Below are positions 34,776 through 44,259 of a stretch of 64,000 nt of DNA, piece by piece. The DNA lies in contig CM126218.1 of assembly GCA_052327205.1 (NCBI GenBank), forward strand, positions 81,096,001-81,160,000. Direction: 5' to 3'. Each line of letters starts with the position of its first letter. Positions within the stretch are counted from its first letter, which is position 1. This stretch comes from Somniosus microcephalus (Eukaryota). Under the pieces are notes generated by a model that saw only the letters and a list, made by a program, of their open reading frames with translations, was not told where the DNA came from and did no database searches. The translations under genes and the position numbers were made by a program.

Positions 34776-36173
34776 ATGCCTAAGCGAGGGAATATTAACG
34801 ATTTTAATTCTGAGATAGAAGACTGGGCCACGTACGTGGAATGCATCGAGATCTATTGTGAAGCCAACAAAATAGAGGAAGACGACAAAGCGATAACATT
34901 GCTAAACTCGATGGGCGCAAAGACATACGGGCTCTTGAAGCATCTACTAGCACCAGCTAAACCGGCGGATCAGACTTTCGAAGGGATTGTGGCTGTTCTG
35001 AAGGACCACTTGAACCCCACACCGTTGATGTTGGCTGAACGATTCAAATTCTATGCAAGAACGCAACGGAAAGACGAAAGCAACGCGGAATATTTGGTCG
35101 AACTGCATAGGCTAGCGAAATGCTGCCAGTTCGGAGGGAATCTGACAGAGGCACTGCGAGACAAGTTCGTATGCGGATTGTCCAAGGAAGGGACACAAAA
35201 GCGACTACTCGAAGAGAACGACCTCATACTTGACAGGGCTGTCCTTATAGCCGCATCGCACGAAGCCGCAGCGAAAGGAACGGCGGAAATGCAGCTACAG
35301 GCGGCGGCACTCGGGGTGGACCAAATTACCTCAAGTACAACAAAATGCTATCGTTGTGGGAAGACAACACACGACCAGACTCAATGCTGGTTTAAGAACC
35401 AAGAATGTAGGAAATGTGGCAAACTGGGTCACATCGCTAAGGTATGCCGGTCAGGGAAGAAGACCAACAACCAAAGGAAGCCACCACAAGAAAAGTACAA
35501 CAAGGTACACAAGGTGGCTGAGAAGAGTTCAGACGAACAGAATTCAGACTCAGACCCAAACAGCCAGGAGCTGGGTAGTCTGAGAATTCACAATGTGAGT
35601 AAGGAAGCTGACCTACAAACTATCTGGGTCATACTAAAAATAGCTATAGTCCAAGTAAGAATGGAGTTGGACACTGGATCAGCTCTATCAGTCATAAATC
35701 GAAGGGACTACCACCGGCTATTCTCTCACATCCCCTTAAGAAATACCAAGTTCGTATTGCAGACATACACGGGGCATAAGGTATACCCCATGGGGAAGAT
35801 AAGAGTCAAGGTGAGAGATAGGGGTAAAGAACACCCAAGAATGAACTTGTACGTATTATCTGAGGGAGGACCACCACTTCTAGGACGAGAGTGGATCAAG
35901 AAAATAGACATGGAATGGCACTATCTAAAAGCCATAATGAGTGAGGACTCGGTGCAAGCTATCAGCTCAGATTCTGAAACGGATGACGATAAGACCAACT
36001 CAAATATGGAAGACAAGGCTAAAATGAACTTGCCGACTATGGTGGAGAAAATGAAGACATGCATAAAGGCTTATGCTACCGAGAAGAATAAAGCTTCAGA
36101 GCAGAACTCCAGTTTGACAGAGAATTCTGAGCCTGTTCAAGTTAAGGACTTATCCACGACGGAAGAACACTGA
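34776..36173 (+). CDS. gag: Gag (two CCHC knuckles) + aspartic protease + non-pol extension
   Basis: AERFKFYAR.Q, DKFVCG..QKRLL, CYRCGKTTHDQTQC, CRKCGKLGHIAKVC, LDTGS, LLGREW. Confidence 0.95.
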   Translation: MPKRGNINDFNSEIEDWATYVECIEIYCEANKIEEDDKAITLLNSMGAKTYGLLKHLLAPAKPADQTFEGIVAVLKDHLNPTPLMLAERFKFYARTQRKDESNAEYLVELHRLAKCCQFGGNLTEALRDKFVCGLSKEGTQKRLLEENDLILDRAVLIAASHEAAAKGTAEMQLQAAALGVDQITSSTTKCYRCGKTTHDQTQCWFKNQECRKCGKLGHIAKVCRSGKKTNNQRKPPQEKYNKVHKVAEKSSDEQNSDSDPNSQELGSLRIHNVSKEADLQTIWVILKIAIVQVRMELDTGSALSVINRRDYHRLFSHIPLRNTKFVLQTYTGHKVYPMGKIRVKVRDRGKEHPRMNLYVLSEGGPPLLGREWIKKIDMEWHYLKAIMSEDSVQAISSDSETDDDKTNSNMEDKAKMNLPTMVEKMKTCIKAYATEKNKASEQNSSLTENSEPVQVKDLSTTEEH

Positions 36174-38162
36174 ACTCGGACTCAAACTTATTTCAAAGTA
36201 CGACAACAATTAGAACAGTTGAGTTACCGTCTCGTACAAGAGATGAAAACAATGGAAAAGTTCTGGGACACCGAATGGGAGAACCTGGAAAGACAGCAGA
36301 GGCAGCTAGCTCAAGCAAAGAGCGACCATAGAGCCATCGTGACCAATTACCGATCACATCTCCCTTATGATGTTCAGGAGTTAGAATATTTGCATGATCT
36401 AGAGATACAGCATAAAGGCAAACCACGCTACACTGAGGATTTTGTTCTGCAATTGGAGACGGAGCTAGTGCAAGCAAGGTTAAGAGAAGCTGAATCGCAG
36501 TGTGCACTTAAAGATATGCAGAAAAAAATCTTGGACATGGAAAAGAGAAACGCTTCTTTTCCTGATGTGAATAATGTGGCCATGTTGCAAGAGGAGCTTA
36601 TAGGGGCGAAACTGAAAGAAGCTAAGCAAAGGATGTTGGAACTTGAAACACAGAACCAAATCAGCAGTAACCAGCTATGTCGAGCAGAGAAGGAGTGCTA
36701 TGGTCTACATGAGAAGGTGCAATATCTCTCAGCCCAGAATAAGGGACTACTCACTCAGTTAAATGAAAGTAATCGGAAAATGGCTGAGATAGACTGCAGG
36801 AATAAAGAAGATTTGATGGCAGTGAGACTTCGAGAGGCAGATAGCATAGCAGCCTTGGCTGAACTCCAACAGGAAATTGCGAAAGAAGCAAATGAAGAGG
36901 AATCTTCAGGAAGCCAGGATGTTATTCCAGTTCTTCTCTACGACTCCTTACAAGCAGAGTGTGAGAAGTTGAAAGAACAGTATGAACAGGCCCAGGCTAC
37001 GATTCTGGAGGGGGTTAACTCGGCAACCTCCGAAAAGCTAGTTTCAGTAGAAGCATATGAACAACTAAAGGTTGAACATGAGCAAGAAGTCCAAAGGCTG
37101 CAGGAAATTCTTGATGAGCTCAAGGCCAAGACAGATTCATCGGTAGAAGTTCCATCCATAGATGAGAAATTAGAGGTGAAAGACATGGCAGAACATGAAA
37201 GACAAGATGTCCAAGAACTCATAAAAATATTGAAGGAAACCCAAGACAAATATGAGGCGGCAATGTCCGAGGTTCAACAACTTGAAGAACAGATTCAACT
37301 GGGAATCCTTTCAGTGGAAGAAAAGGAAACTGTAAGAAACACAGAGACTGTAAGAATGGTCCCTGAACATGAGCTAGAGAGCATCAGGGCGCAACTTTTC
37401 CGAGCGCTGAAAGCCAAAGTACAAGAGGAACAGAAGGTGGAAGCATTGGAGGAAAAGGTGGATGAAATGGAGAAGACTCTGATCCACAGTGTTCCCGTGG
37501 AAGAGTTAACGGTCAGCCAACTCCTTCATATGCTGAGGGAAAAGACTCTGCAATGGGAACAATCTGAACACGAGCTTCAATCTTCAACGGGAAGGAGTTC
37601 GGAGCTCTCAAAAGTTTGGGAAATAGCTGAGGTTGCAAAACAGACTTTACTGGGATGCCAAAAGTATGCTGAATCGCGTCTATGTGAACAACAGAATGTT
37701 GAAACAGCTGCTCCAGTAGAAGGATTGAATAGCCCGATCAATCAATCCCCGAGGGAAGGGGAAGTGTTGAAATCACAAATGAGGTCATTAGTGAAGGATT
37801 TGCAGGAAACCCAGGAAGAGCGGGATGAAGATGAATGCATGAAGAAGTCTTTTCAAGAACGATGTCTAGGGAAGGATCCACAGTCAGCTAACGTCCAGAT
37901 GGGTAAGGAGGAAGTAGAAGGCCCTCTCGCTGGCCTAACTCAGGACGAACCCAAATATTACCATGACCTGTTGAGTGACACTGAATATTACGAGGATGTG
38001 GTCTGCCCAGTTTGTGATGAAAACTCCCAAAGTGCCGAAATCAGGATGAAGCACTTAAAGTCGAAGGAACATAGAGAGTTGGTGGCGCTACAGCTGGCAG
38101 CTGATAAGGGAGCCCCGAGAGTCTCCAAAAAGCAGAAAAGAAAAAGAAGAAGCAGAAGATGA
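36174..38162 (+). CDS. Chimeric coiled-coil cargo ORF, in frame with gag-PR across a single TGA
   Basis: 36219-34776 = 1443 (multiple of 3); no other stop until 38160-38162; heptad-rich E/K/Q/L sequence ending in a zinc finger and a basic tail. Confidence 0.88.
   Translation, partial: TRTQTYFKVRQQLEQLSYRLVQEMKTMEKFWDTEWENLERQQRQLAQAKSDHRAIVTNYRSHLPYDVQELEYLHDLEIQHKGKPRYTEDFVLQLETELVQARLREAESQCALKDMQKKILDMEKRNASFPDVNNVAMLQEELIGAKLKEAKQRMLELETQNQISSNQLCRAEKECYGLHEKVQYLSAQNKGLLTQLNESNRKMAEIDCRNKEDLMAVRLREADSIAALAELQQEIAKEANEEESSGSQDVIPVLLYDSLQAECEKLKEQYEQAQATILEGVNSATSEKLVSVEAYEQLKVEHEQEVQRLQEILDELKAKTDSSVEVPSIDEKLEVKDMAEHERQDVQELIKILKETQDKYEAAMSEVQQLEEQIQLGILSVEEKETVRNTETVRMVPEHELESIRAQLFRALKAKVQEEQKVEALEEKVDEMEKTLIHSVPVEELTVSQLLHMLREKTLQWEQSEHELQSSTGRSSELSKVWEIAEVAKQTLLGCQKYAESRLCEQQNVETAAPVEGLNSPINQSPREGEVLKSQMRSLVKDLQETQEERDEDECMKKSFQERCLGKDPQSANVQMGKEEVEGPLAGLTQDEPKYYHDLLSDTEYYEDVVCPVCDENSQSAEIRMKHLKSKEHRELVALQLAADKGAPRVSKKQKRKRRSRR
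36408..36881 (+). other. EVI5: Captured EVI5 coiled-coil segment (intronless, internally deleted)
   Basis: EDFVLQLETELVQARLREAESQCALKDMQ..EKVQYLSAQNKGLLTQL..MAVRLREADSIAA closely matches the vertebrate EVI5 C-terminal half as I recall it. Confidence 0.88.
36882..37505 (+). other. Captured ANKRD24/RAI14/UACA-family coiled-coil segment
   Basis: VIPVLLYDSLQAECEKL resembles ANKRD24 VIPLALYDSLRAEFDQL; LKETQDKYEAAMSEV..QIQLG resembles RAI14-family LKETQEKYEEAMKEV..QMKLG (from memory). Confidence 0.7.
37500..37913 (+). other. OPTN: Captured optineurin-like segment
   Basis: EELTVSQLLHMLRE vs OPTN EELTVSQLLLCLRE; LKSQMRSLVKDLQE..MKKSFQERC vs LNLQVTSLFKELQE..MKKRLQEKC (from memory). Confidence 0.72.
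37974..38159 (+). other. DNAJC21: Captured DNAJC21-like C2H2 zinc finger plus basic tail
   Basis: YEDVVCPVCD..KHLKSKEHRELVAL vs YDDLYCPACD..NHEKSKKHREMVAL; SKKQKRKR vs SKKQKKKK (from memory). Confidence 0.62.
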
Positions 38163-38500
38163 TAACTATCGCAAATATTATCACTTCTACCAGATCATGC
38201 GTGGACCCTACGAAAGGAGTTAAATCAGTTGGGAAGTAGGAAAATATCAAGGCAACCCAGTTGTTGTAAAAGTCAGCACTGCTGGTTCAGCAGGACGAAA
38301 GTTCAAGCTGTTACGTCAAGAAAAGGATATGGAGGAGTCACGCTAGCAATGTGAACCATCTACACCAAAGAGATGTTGTTCGGACCGAGTCAAGATCAGA
38401 GACTGAATCTGTGAACTGTTCCCGCAGAGACTGAACCTGTGAACTGTTTCCCACCGAGACTATGTCTGTAAATTGTGTTATATGAAGTTGAAGATATGTT

Positions 38501-39197
38501 GGCCTAGAAATTGAGTTTGCGCTGCGCCGGGGCTTAACGCTGGAAATTTAGCGCCGGTGCTAAGTCACGCTGTGCGCGCCAAAAATTCAGTAGCGCCGCG
38601 CCCAAACGGCTGCCGGCGCTACTGAAGGCTGTTTGCGCCTGAAAACTGGCGCTACGCGCCGCATTGCGGCGCTATTCCGGCGCTGCGGCACCCGATGCGG
38701 TGCGGCAGGCTCGGGAAGTGCAGGCCTCCTCCTTCAGTTAAGGAGGAGCTGCCTGCACCCGCCCGCTGGCCGGTTAAATCGCCACAAAAATGAGCCCGGC
38801 ACCTCGGGGAAGTGCCGGGCTCGCAGCCGAGAAGCATCTGTTCCGCGGGGGGGGGGTGGGGGAGTCCGGGGAGGGAGGTGCGGGCAGGCGGCCGGCGGGA
38901 AAGCGGCCGGCCGCCGCTCCACCTTTATGCGCCGGCGCAAAGTCGTGTAAGACTCTGTTGCCAGAGTCTTAGTTGCGGCTGCCACGGGCGAGGCGGCCGC
39001 AACTGAATTTCGGCGCTGGGGCCCGTCACCACGGCAACCGGGACGCTGCGCACACCGATGACGTCATCGGTGCCGGCGCAGCGCTACCGGTGTAACGCCG
39101 ATGTTGGGCCCTAGTCAATTTCAAAACCGGCTGTAAGTCCAGCGCAATGCCCTCTAGCGCCGCAAAATGGGCGCTAAGCCCACTCAATTTCTAGGCC
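38501..39197. mobile_element. Harbinger-family MITE (697 bp) inserted in the LTR element 3' UTR
   Basis: TIR GGCCTAGAAATTGAGT..ACTCAATTTCTAGGCC; 3-bp TSD GTT; GC/CpG-rich. Confidence 0.92.
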
Positions 39198-39232
39198 GTT
39201 ATGTTTAATGGGGACTCTGTATGTAATAAGCT

Positions 39233-39244
39233 AAAAAGGGAGGA
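39233..39244 (+). promoter_or_regulatory. Polypurine tract
   Basis: AAAAAGGGAGGA just before the 3' LTR. Confidence 0.88.
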
Positions 39245-39245
39245 T

Positions 39246-39500
39246 TGTAGTGTATGTACCCGTCTACCTTTAAGAGAACTATTGTATGTAACCGTTCACC
39301 TTTAAGAGAACTACTTTAGGTGTGGCACTACTTGTTTGGCTTCTGTATACTGTAATACCGATGGTGACCACACCGGTATATAAGTGTTGTGGCATGATTC
39401 CTTGGGCAGATTCGCCCTGACCTTCGAATAGTAAAGACCTGTTTGTTTGTTACTCCTGAAGTCTGTGTCGTTATTAACAGTACAACCCACAGACTTTACA
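39246..39500 (+). repeat. 3' LTR (255 bp)
   Basis: Direct repeat of 33528-33782. Confidence 0.96.
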
Positions 39501-40436
39501 GACACCATTTGGGAGCACCTCAAACTTTTAGATTTCTTTCAGCGGGTTATTTTTATTAATAGGCTATATTTTGTCGGGTAGCTCTGCAGTATCTGAAGTT
39601 TTGGGTTTTCCGACTGTCGGAGTATTTGTAAGTATTCTTTTTGTTATTCGCACATCAGATTTCATAAAAGCGTATTTGCATGGCCGAACATACTTTCTTC
39701 AAATCGTTACATGTTCTCGGCTGTATTAATGTCTATACATTTTCAATTTTCTCTCCACCTCTGCTAGTGCTAGAAGCTGTCCAGTATCTGCCCAAAGTCA
39801 CCACTCTCCATGTGTGAATCTTGGCAGGAAATGTCAGCAGGTTATTCAGCCACAGAAACTATCTCAGTCGAGCCCTATCCTGTCCCCCGTCTAATATACC
39901 ACTTTGACTCCACCTTTGATCATAACAACAACAACAACTTGTATTTATATAGCCCCTTCAATGTAGTAAAGCGTCCCAAGGCGCTTCACAGGAGATCAAG
40001 AAAAAAAATCATCTCTTCTCCCGATATCCTCCTTGACATCCTGCCCTTTTGAAGCATCTTGTGATGTTTCACTATGTTAAAATGCTATAGGTATATATAT
40101 ATGTATAATAATGTGGCTGAGACTTTCCCCCCTCCCTAGTTCAGCAACACTGGGGCTAATGGTTGCACCCAGACTCCCACCCAGGCCAACTGTGCAGTCC
40201 AGGGATCAACCTGGAGCCTTCTTCATGTGTATGCTTCAGTGACACAAGGCACACTGCCTTTACCCACTGCGCCATCTGAGGGACGAGCATTCATTTAATT
40301 TTTAGTGACCAGCCATTGAGTATCTCAGGTAGGCCAGCATTTCCAATTTCACTGGCAGATCCCAGTTTTGAGCAGACACCTGATACCCTTCCCACATATC
40401 CTGCCACTCTTTTCAGCATAAATTACAATTCACATA

Positions 40437-40884
40437 CAGGAAACTCTTTCGTATCCGGCACCGACGGGACCGGGATGGTGCCGGTTGATTAAAAATTCTG
40501 GATAACCGAATTAGCGCCAGACAGTTAGCGCCCGACGCGGGAGTACCGCCCCAGCGCAGAAGCGGAGCGCTATCTCGGGCAGTCCACTTCCTCTCGGGGC
40601 GGTGTCTGGAGCGCAAAGCGCGGTGAGCACGACGCGGCCGCTCCACATAGCGCTGACGCGTTTCATCGCCCCCCCCCTTCCGTTAAAGGGGAGGGGTGCT
40701 GCGCAGTCTGCAGGCCGTTTGACGGCCTCCACTAGCCTCCACTGACTAACTCGGCCACTGCGGGAGACTCGGACTCGGACTCGGCAACATTTCCGGTTAT
40801 TGAGGTGTTGTTTTCGGAGTATGAATTTTGCCGGTTATTAGAGAATTCTGGATATTTAGGTGCCATTTAAACGAGATTTTCCTG
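40437..40884. mobile_element. pogo/Tigger-like MITE with a GC-rich foreign core
   Basis: TA|CAGGAAA..TTTCCTG|TA; ends match 19603-19951 in opposite orientation. Confidence 0.82.
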
Positions 40885-40894
40885 TACTAATTTT

Positions 40895-41235
40895 CTTTCG
40901 GATGAGACCTTAAACCAAAACCCCATCTGCTCTCTCAGGTGGACATAAAAGATCCCGTGGCACCATTTCGAAGAAGAGCAGGGGAGTTCTCCCCAGTGGC
41001 CCTGGCCAATATTTATCCCTCAATCAACATTGCTAAAAAAAACACAGATTATCTGGGTCATTATCACATTGCTGTCTGTGGGAGCTTGCTGTGAGCAAAT
41101 TGGCTACCGTGTTTCCTACATTACAACAGTGACTGCACTTCAAAAAGTACTTCATTGGCTGTTAAGTGGCGTTGGGACATCCGGTGGTCGTGAAAGGCGC
41201 TATAGAAATGCAAGTCTTTCTTTGTCTTTCTTTTT
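40895..41235 (+). mobile_element. SacSINE1-like SINE (5'-truncated)
   Basis: Deu core plus tail. Confidence 0.78.
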
Positions 41236-41399
41236 CTCGGCACCCTGATTCACCTGAGTAGCGTGACTCACAAAATCTTGCATTCTTATGATAATTGCAG
41301 TGTATGTTGCGTGTAACCTAGAAACAAACTACCGTGACCATGATATTACTCAGCTGCAATAGGGATTATTTTAATAACACCTTTTATAATCACAATGCA

Positions 41400-41930
41400 T
41401 TCTGTTTTTAATGATGTCGATAACGAGACAAACATTGGCCAGGACACTGGGCAGAACTCCAGTACTCTTTTTCCAAGAATGCCATGGCATCTTTTACACC
41501 CACCTGAGGGGGCGGATGGGGCCTCGGTTTTATTTCCTGCATTACAACCGTGACCACACTTCAAAAAGTACTTCATTGGCTGTCAAGCGCTTTTGGACGT
41601 CCGGTGGTCATCAACAACATGCGAAGATACGAATCAGGAGCAGGAGTCGGCCACTCGGCCCCTCGAGCCTGCTCCGCTATTCAATAAGATCATGGCTGAT
41701 CCGATTACTCCACATTCCCGCCTACCCCCGATAACCTTTCACCCCCTTGCTTACCAAGAATCTATCTACCTCTGCCTTAAAAATATTCAAAGACTCTGCT
41801 TCCACCGCCCTCTGAGGAAGAGAGTTCCAATATAAAGACACTATATAAAGGCAAGTCTTTCTTTCTCATCCGATAGACGGTACCTGCGACAATGCAGCGC
41901 TCCTTCAGAGTGACAGCCTAGATTATGTGC
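41400..41930. mobile_element. Scrambled SINE fragments with a CR1 tail inserted (~41615-41832)
   Basis: Pieces of Deu SINE in both orientations; CR1 3' hairpin tail. Confidence 0.6.
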
Positions 41931-41946
41931 TTAAATTAAATCGTAC

Positions 41947-42322
41947 TGTAGGAATGTCTAGTTCCTATCCAAAAGACTGAGGTCCACTCAGGCGATCAAA
42001 TAAACGAGGTTTAATGAAAAGTAACAGAGTTTAACAGATAACTACAGGAGAACATCGAATATAGGTCTAGTCAGTTCGGAGGATCCACGAGGACTGCTAG
42101 GGCGGTCCCGTGGCTGACGTCATGACGTCATCACGTTTTTCCCGCCGGTGGGGGATCACGTGATGAACGGCATGACGTCATCGCGTTTGCCCGCGCTATT
42201 AAAGTGATCGCGCTCTGTACATGTAAACAGTGAAAACAAAGATACAGACTCAGGCTGTAGCCAACATATTATTAAAGGGAATTATATACAATTGATTGGA
42301 GTCCCTTAGTGGCTCCGCCACA
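41947..42322 (-). mobile_element. Solo LTR (376 bp) of an unrelated family
   Basis: TG..CA; 4-bp TSD GTAC (41943-41946 / 42323-42326); repeated TGACGTCA (CRE-like) motifs; ATTAAA on the - strand. Confidence 0.72.
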
Positions 42323-43486
42323 GTACAATGATTTAATTCATACGTAGATTAAATGGTTAACTTCCATTGAATACAGAGTATCTACAGGGCATATTCCCTG
42401 GGGTATTTTAAAGTTTCAGAGAATCAGAGTTCATTACTTTAAGTGTTGCCTTGTCTAATCTCACCTACATGTAATGTGCCCTGTGGCAGTCTCACATGCC
42501 GTAGCAGTGAGGGTTGTCGGTTCGCCAGAAAGAGGCACACCTGCGTGAAGATGCTGAGAATTATCCAACTGTTGCTGCAACTTCTCAGATCGGGATTCAC
42601 AAAAAAAAAATGAAACACAAGATGAGCCGATGCGGAGACGTGGTTTGTTTTCTCATGACAATGCCTCGCCTTACCTCGCCTCATTTGATTAGAGGCTAGC
42701 TTGGCTATTGCAAACAGTTGCAAAAGAAAGTGAAATCTGAACCCAGCAGTGAAGCATTCAATGCACGTCTCAATGTTTGAAAGAGAAAAAAAATACGTGT
42801 AATGGAAGGCTACAGTGAGAAGAAGGTGGTCTCCAGGATAGAAGGTAAGCGTATTCTCTTTTGTTCCCACCCTATTCATTAATGGCAGCTGACAGGTTGA
42901 AGTAACTAGCAGATCTCACCTGGGCTTGTCTTCCCCTGCAGGCCCCAGTGGAGCCTATTGTAATTGAAGCACTCCAGTAGTAAAGCCTCTAGGATTACCA
43001 CTGAATAACAGAAAAGCACGCAGTTTCTTAAGTGTAACACTGATCTCTTACATAGAGGCAATCACCTAACAATTATACCTGTAATTTGCATTTTTCAGCT
43101 CGCACCAGGATCATTTTTTTCATTGTAGCGGGAAGAATAAGCTAATTCAGGCGAGAGTCCGGGAGCGTGCAGGGCAGGCTGTGCGTTTGCTTTTGTTTTT
43201 TTTCCCCAGAAGTCGGAGGAGGGCAGGTCTGTGTCTCGAAGGCTGCTATTTTTAAGGAGAGATTGTGCTCCGAGTAAAATGCATCTCTCAAATATTTCAC
43301 CGCTCCAGCTTTCGTGGGGTACATCCAGCTGAAATCATTCCCGTGGTTGCGTGTCGTTTGTCAGTTCTCTCTGACGTCACCCAGCCACCGCAGCCTGGAC
43401 ATGGTAATATTCTAATAGTCCTGTGGCTAGAATGACATCCGCAGCACTCACCAAAGCTTTGTTGCACAGGCCCTCATGGTGAATAA

Positions 43487-43905
43487 AAACAACAACAATT
43501 TGCATTTATATAGCGCCTTTAACGTAGTAAAACGTCCCAAGGTGCTTCGCAGGAGCGTTATCAAATAATATTTGGCACCGAGCCGCATAAAGAGATATTA
43601 GGACAGGTGACCAAACGCTTGGCCAAACAGGTAGGTTTTAAGGAGCGTCTTAAAGCAGGAAAGCGAGGCAGGGAGGTTTAGGGAAGGAATTCCAGAGCTT
43701 CGGACTTAGGTAGCTGAAGGCACGGCCGCCAATGGTGGAGCGATTAAAATCGGGGATGAGCAAGAGGCCAGAATTGGAGGAGCGCAGATATCTGGGAGGG
43801 TTGTAGGGCTTGGAGAAGATTACAGAGATAGGGAGGGGCAACTCCGTGGAGGGATTTGAAAAAAAGGGTGAGAATTTTAAAATCGAGGCGTTGCTTAACT
43901 GCCGT
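43487..43905 (-). mobile_element. L2 3' end
   Basis: YNPPRYLRSSNSGLL..GGRAFS..PKLWNS; (ttg)n terminus. Confidence 0.82.
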
Positions 43906-44259
43906 GTCGTAAGATATGTGACAATGTGCACCGTGTTATTGCTTGATTTGATGTGGTTTCCACTGAGTGACATCCAGGGTACTTTCCTATTGAACTTGTT
44001 GGAACATATCCAATTGTGTGCAATGCTAATTAAACAAAAACAGACACATGGGTGTACAAGGGCACAGAACTTAGGGTTTACTGCTTGTTGCAGGGCCTAG
44101 AATGGTGTTGCTTCTCCCTTATTCCACAACACAATACGTTCATGAATGGATTGTAGATAGTCACCTGCAACATGGAAATAAATGGAAATTATTGCATTGT
44201 GGCGTTAACTGACAAAGCGTGTTCTGAGGATGTTTACTGATCAAATTGTATTGTTTTAA

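Larger units (their letters stand above)
33528..39500 (+). mobile_element. Complete non-autonomous Gypsy (Mag-like) LTR retrotransposon carrying captured host gene fragments
   Basis: LTRs 33528-33782 and 39246-39500; TSD GACAC (33523-33527 / 39501-39505); PBS; PPT; gag-PR but no RT/RNase H/IN motifs. Confidence 0.96.

Noticed and set aside
36408-38159. Genuine host EVI5/OPTN/DNAJC21 locus or an ordinary processed pseudogene
   Set aside because: Only fragments, fused together, with no poly(A) or TSD of their own, and enclosed by LTR/PBS/PPT
36219-38162. Envelope gene of an endogenous retrovirus or errantivirus
   Set aside because: No signal peptide, no transmembrane segment and no fusion-peptide layout; the protein is charged coiled coil and in frame with gag-PR
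38633-39006. Arg/Gly/Ala-rich ORFs in GC-rich DNA (also many overlapping ORFs at 33756-34686 and 55567-57524)
   Set aside because: Expected from stop-poor GC-rich MITE or leader sequence, or antisense shadows of real TE genes
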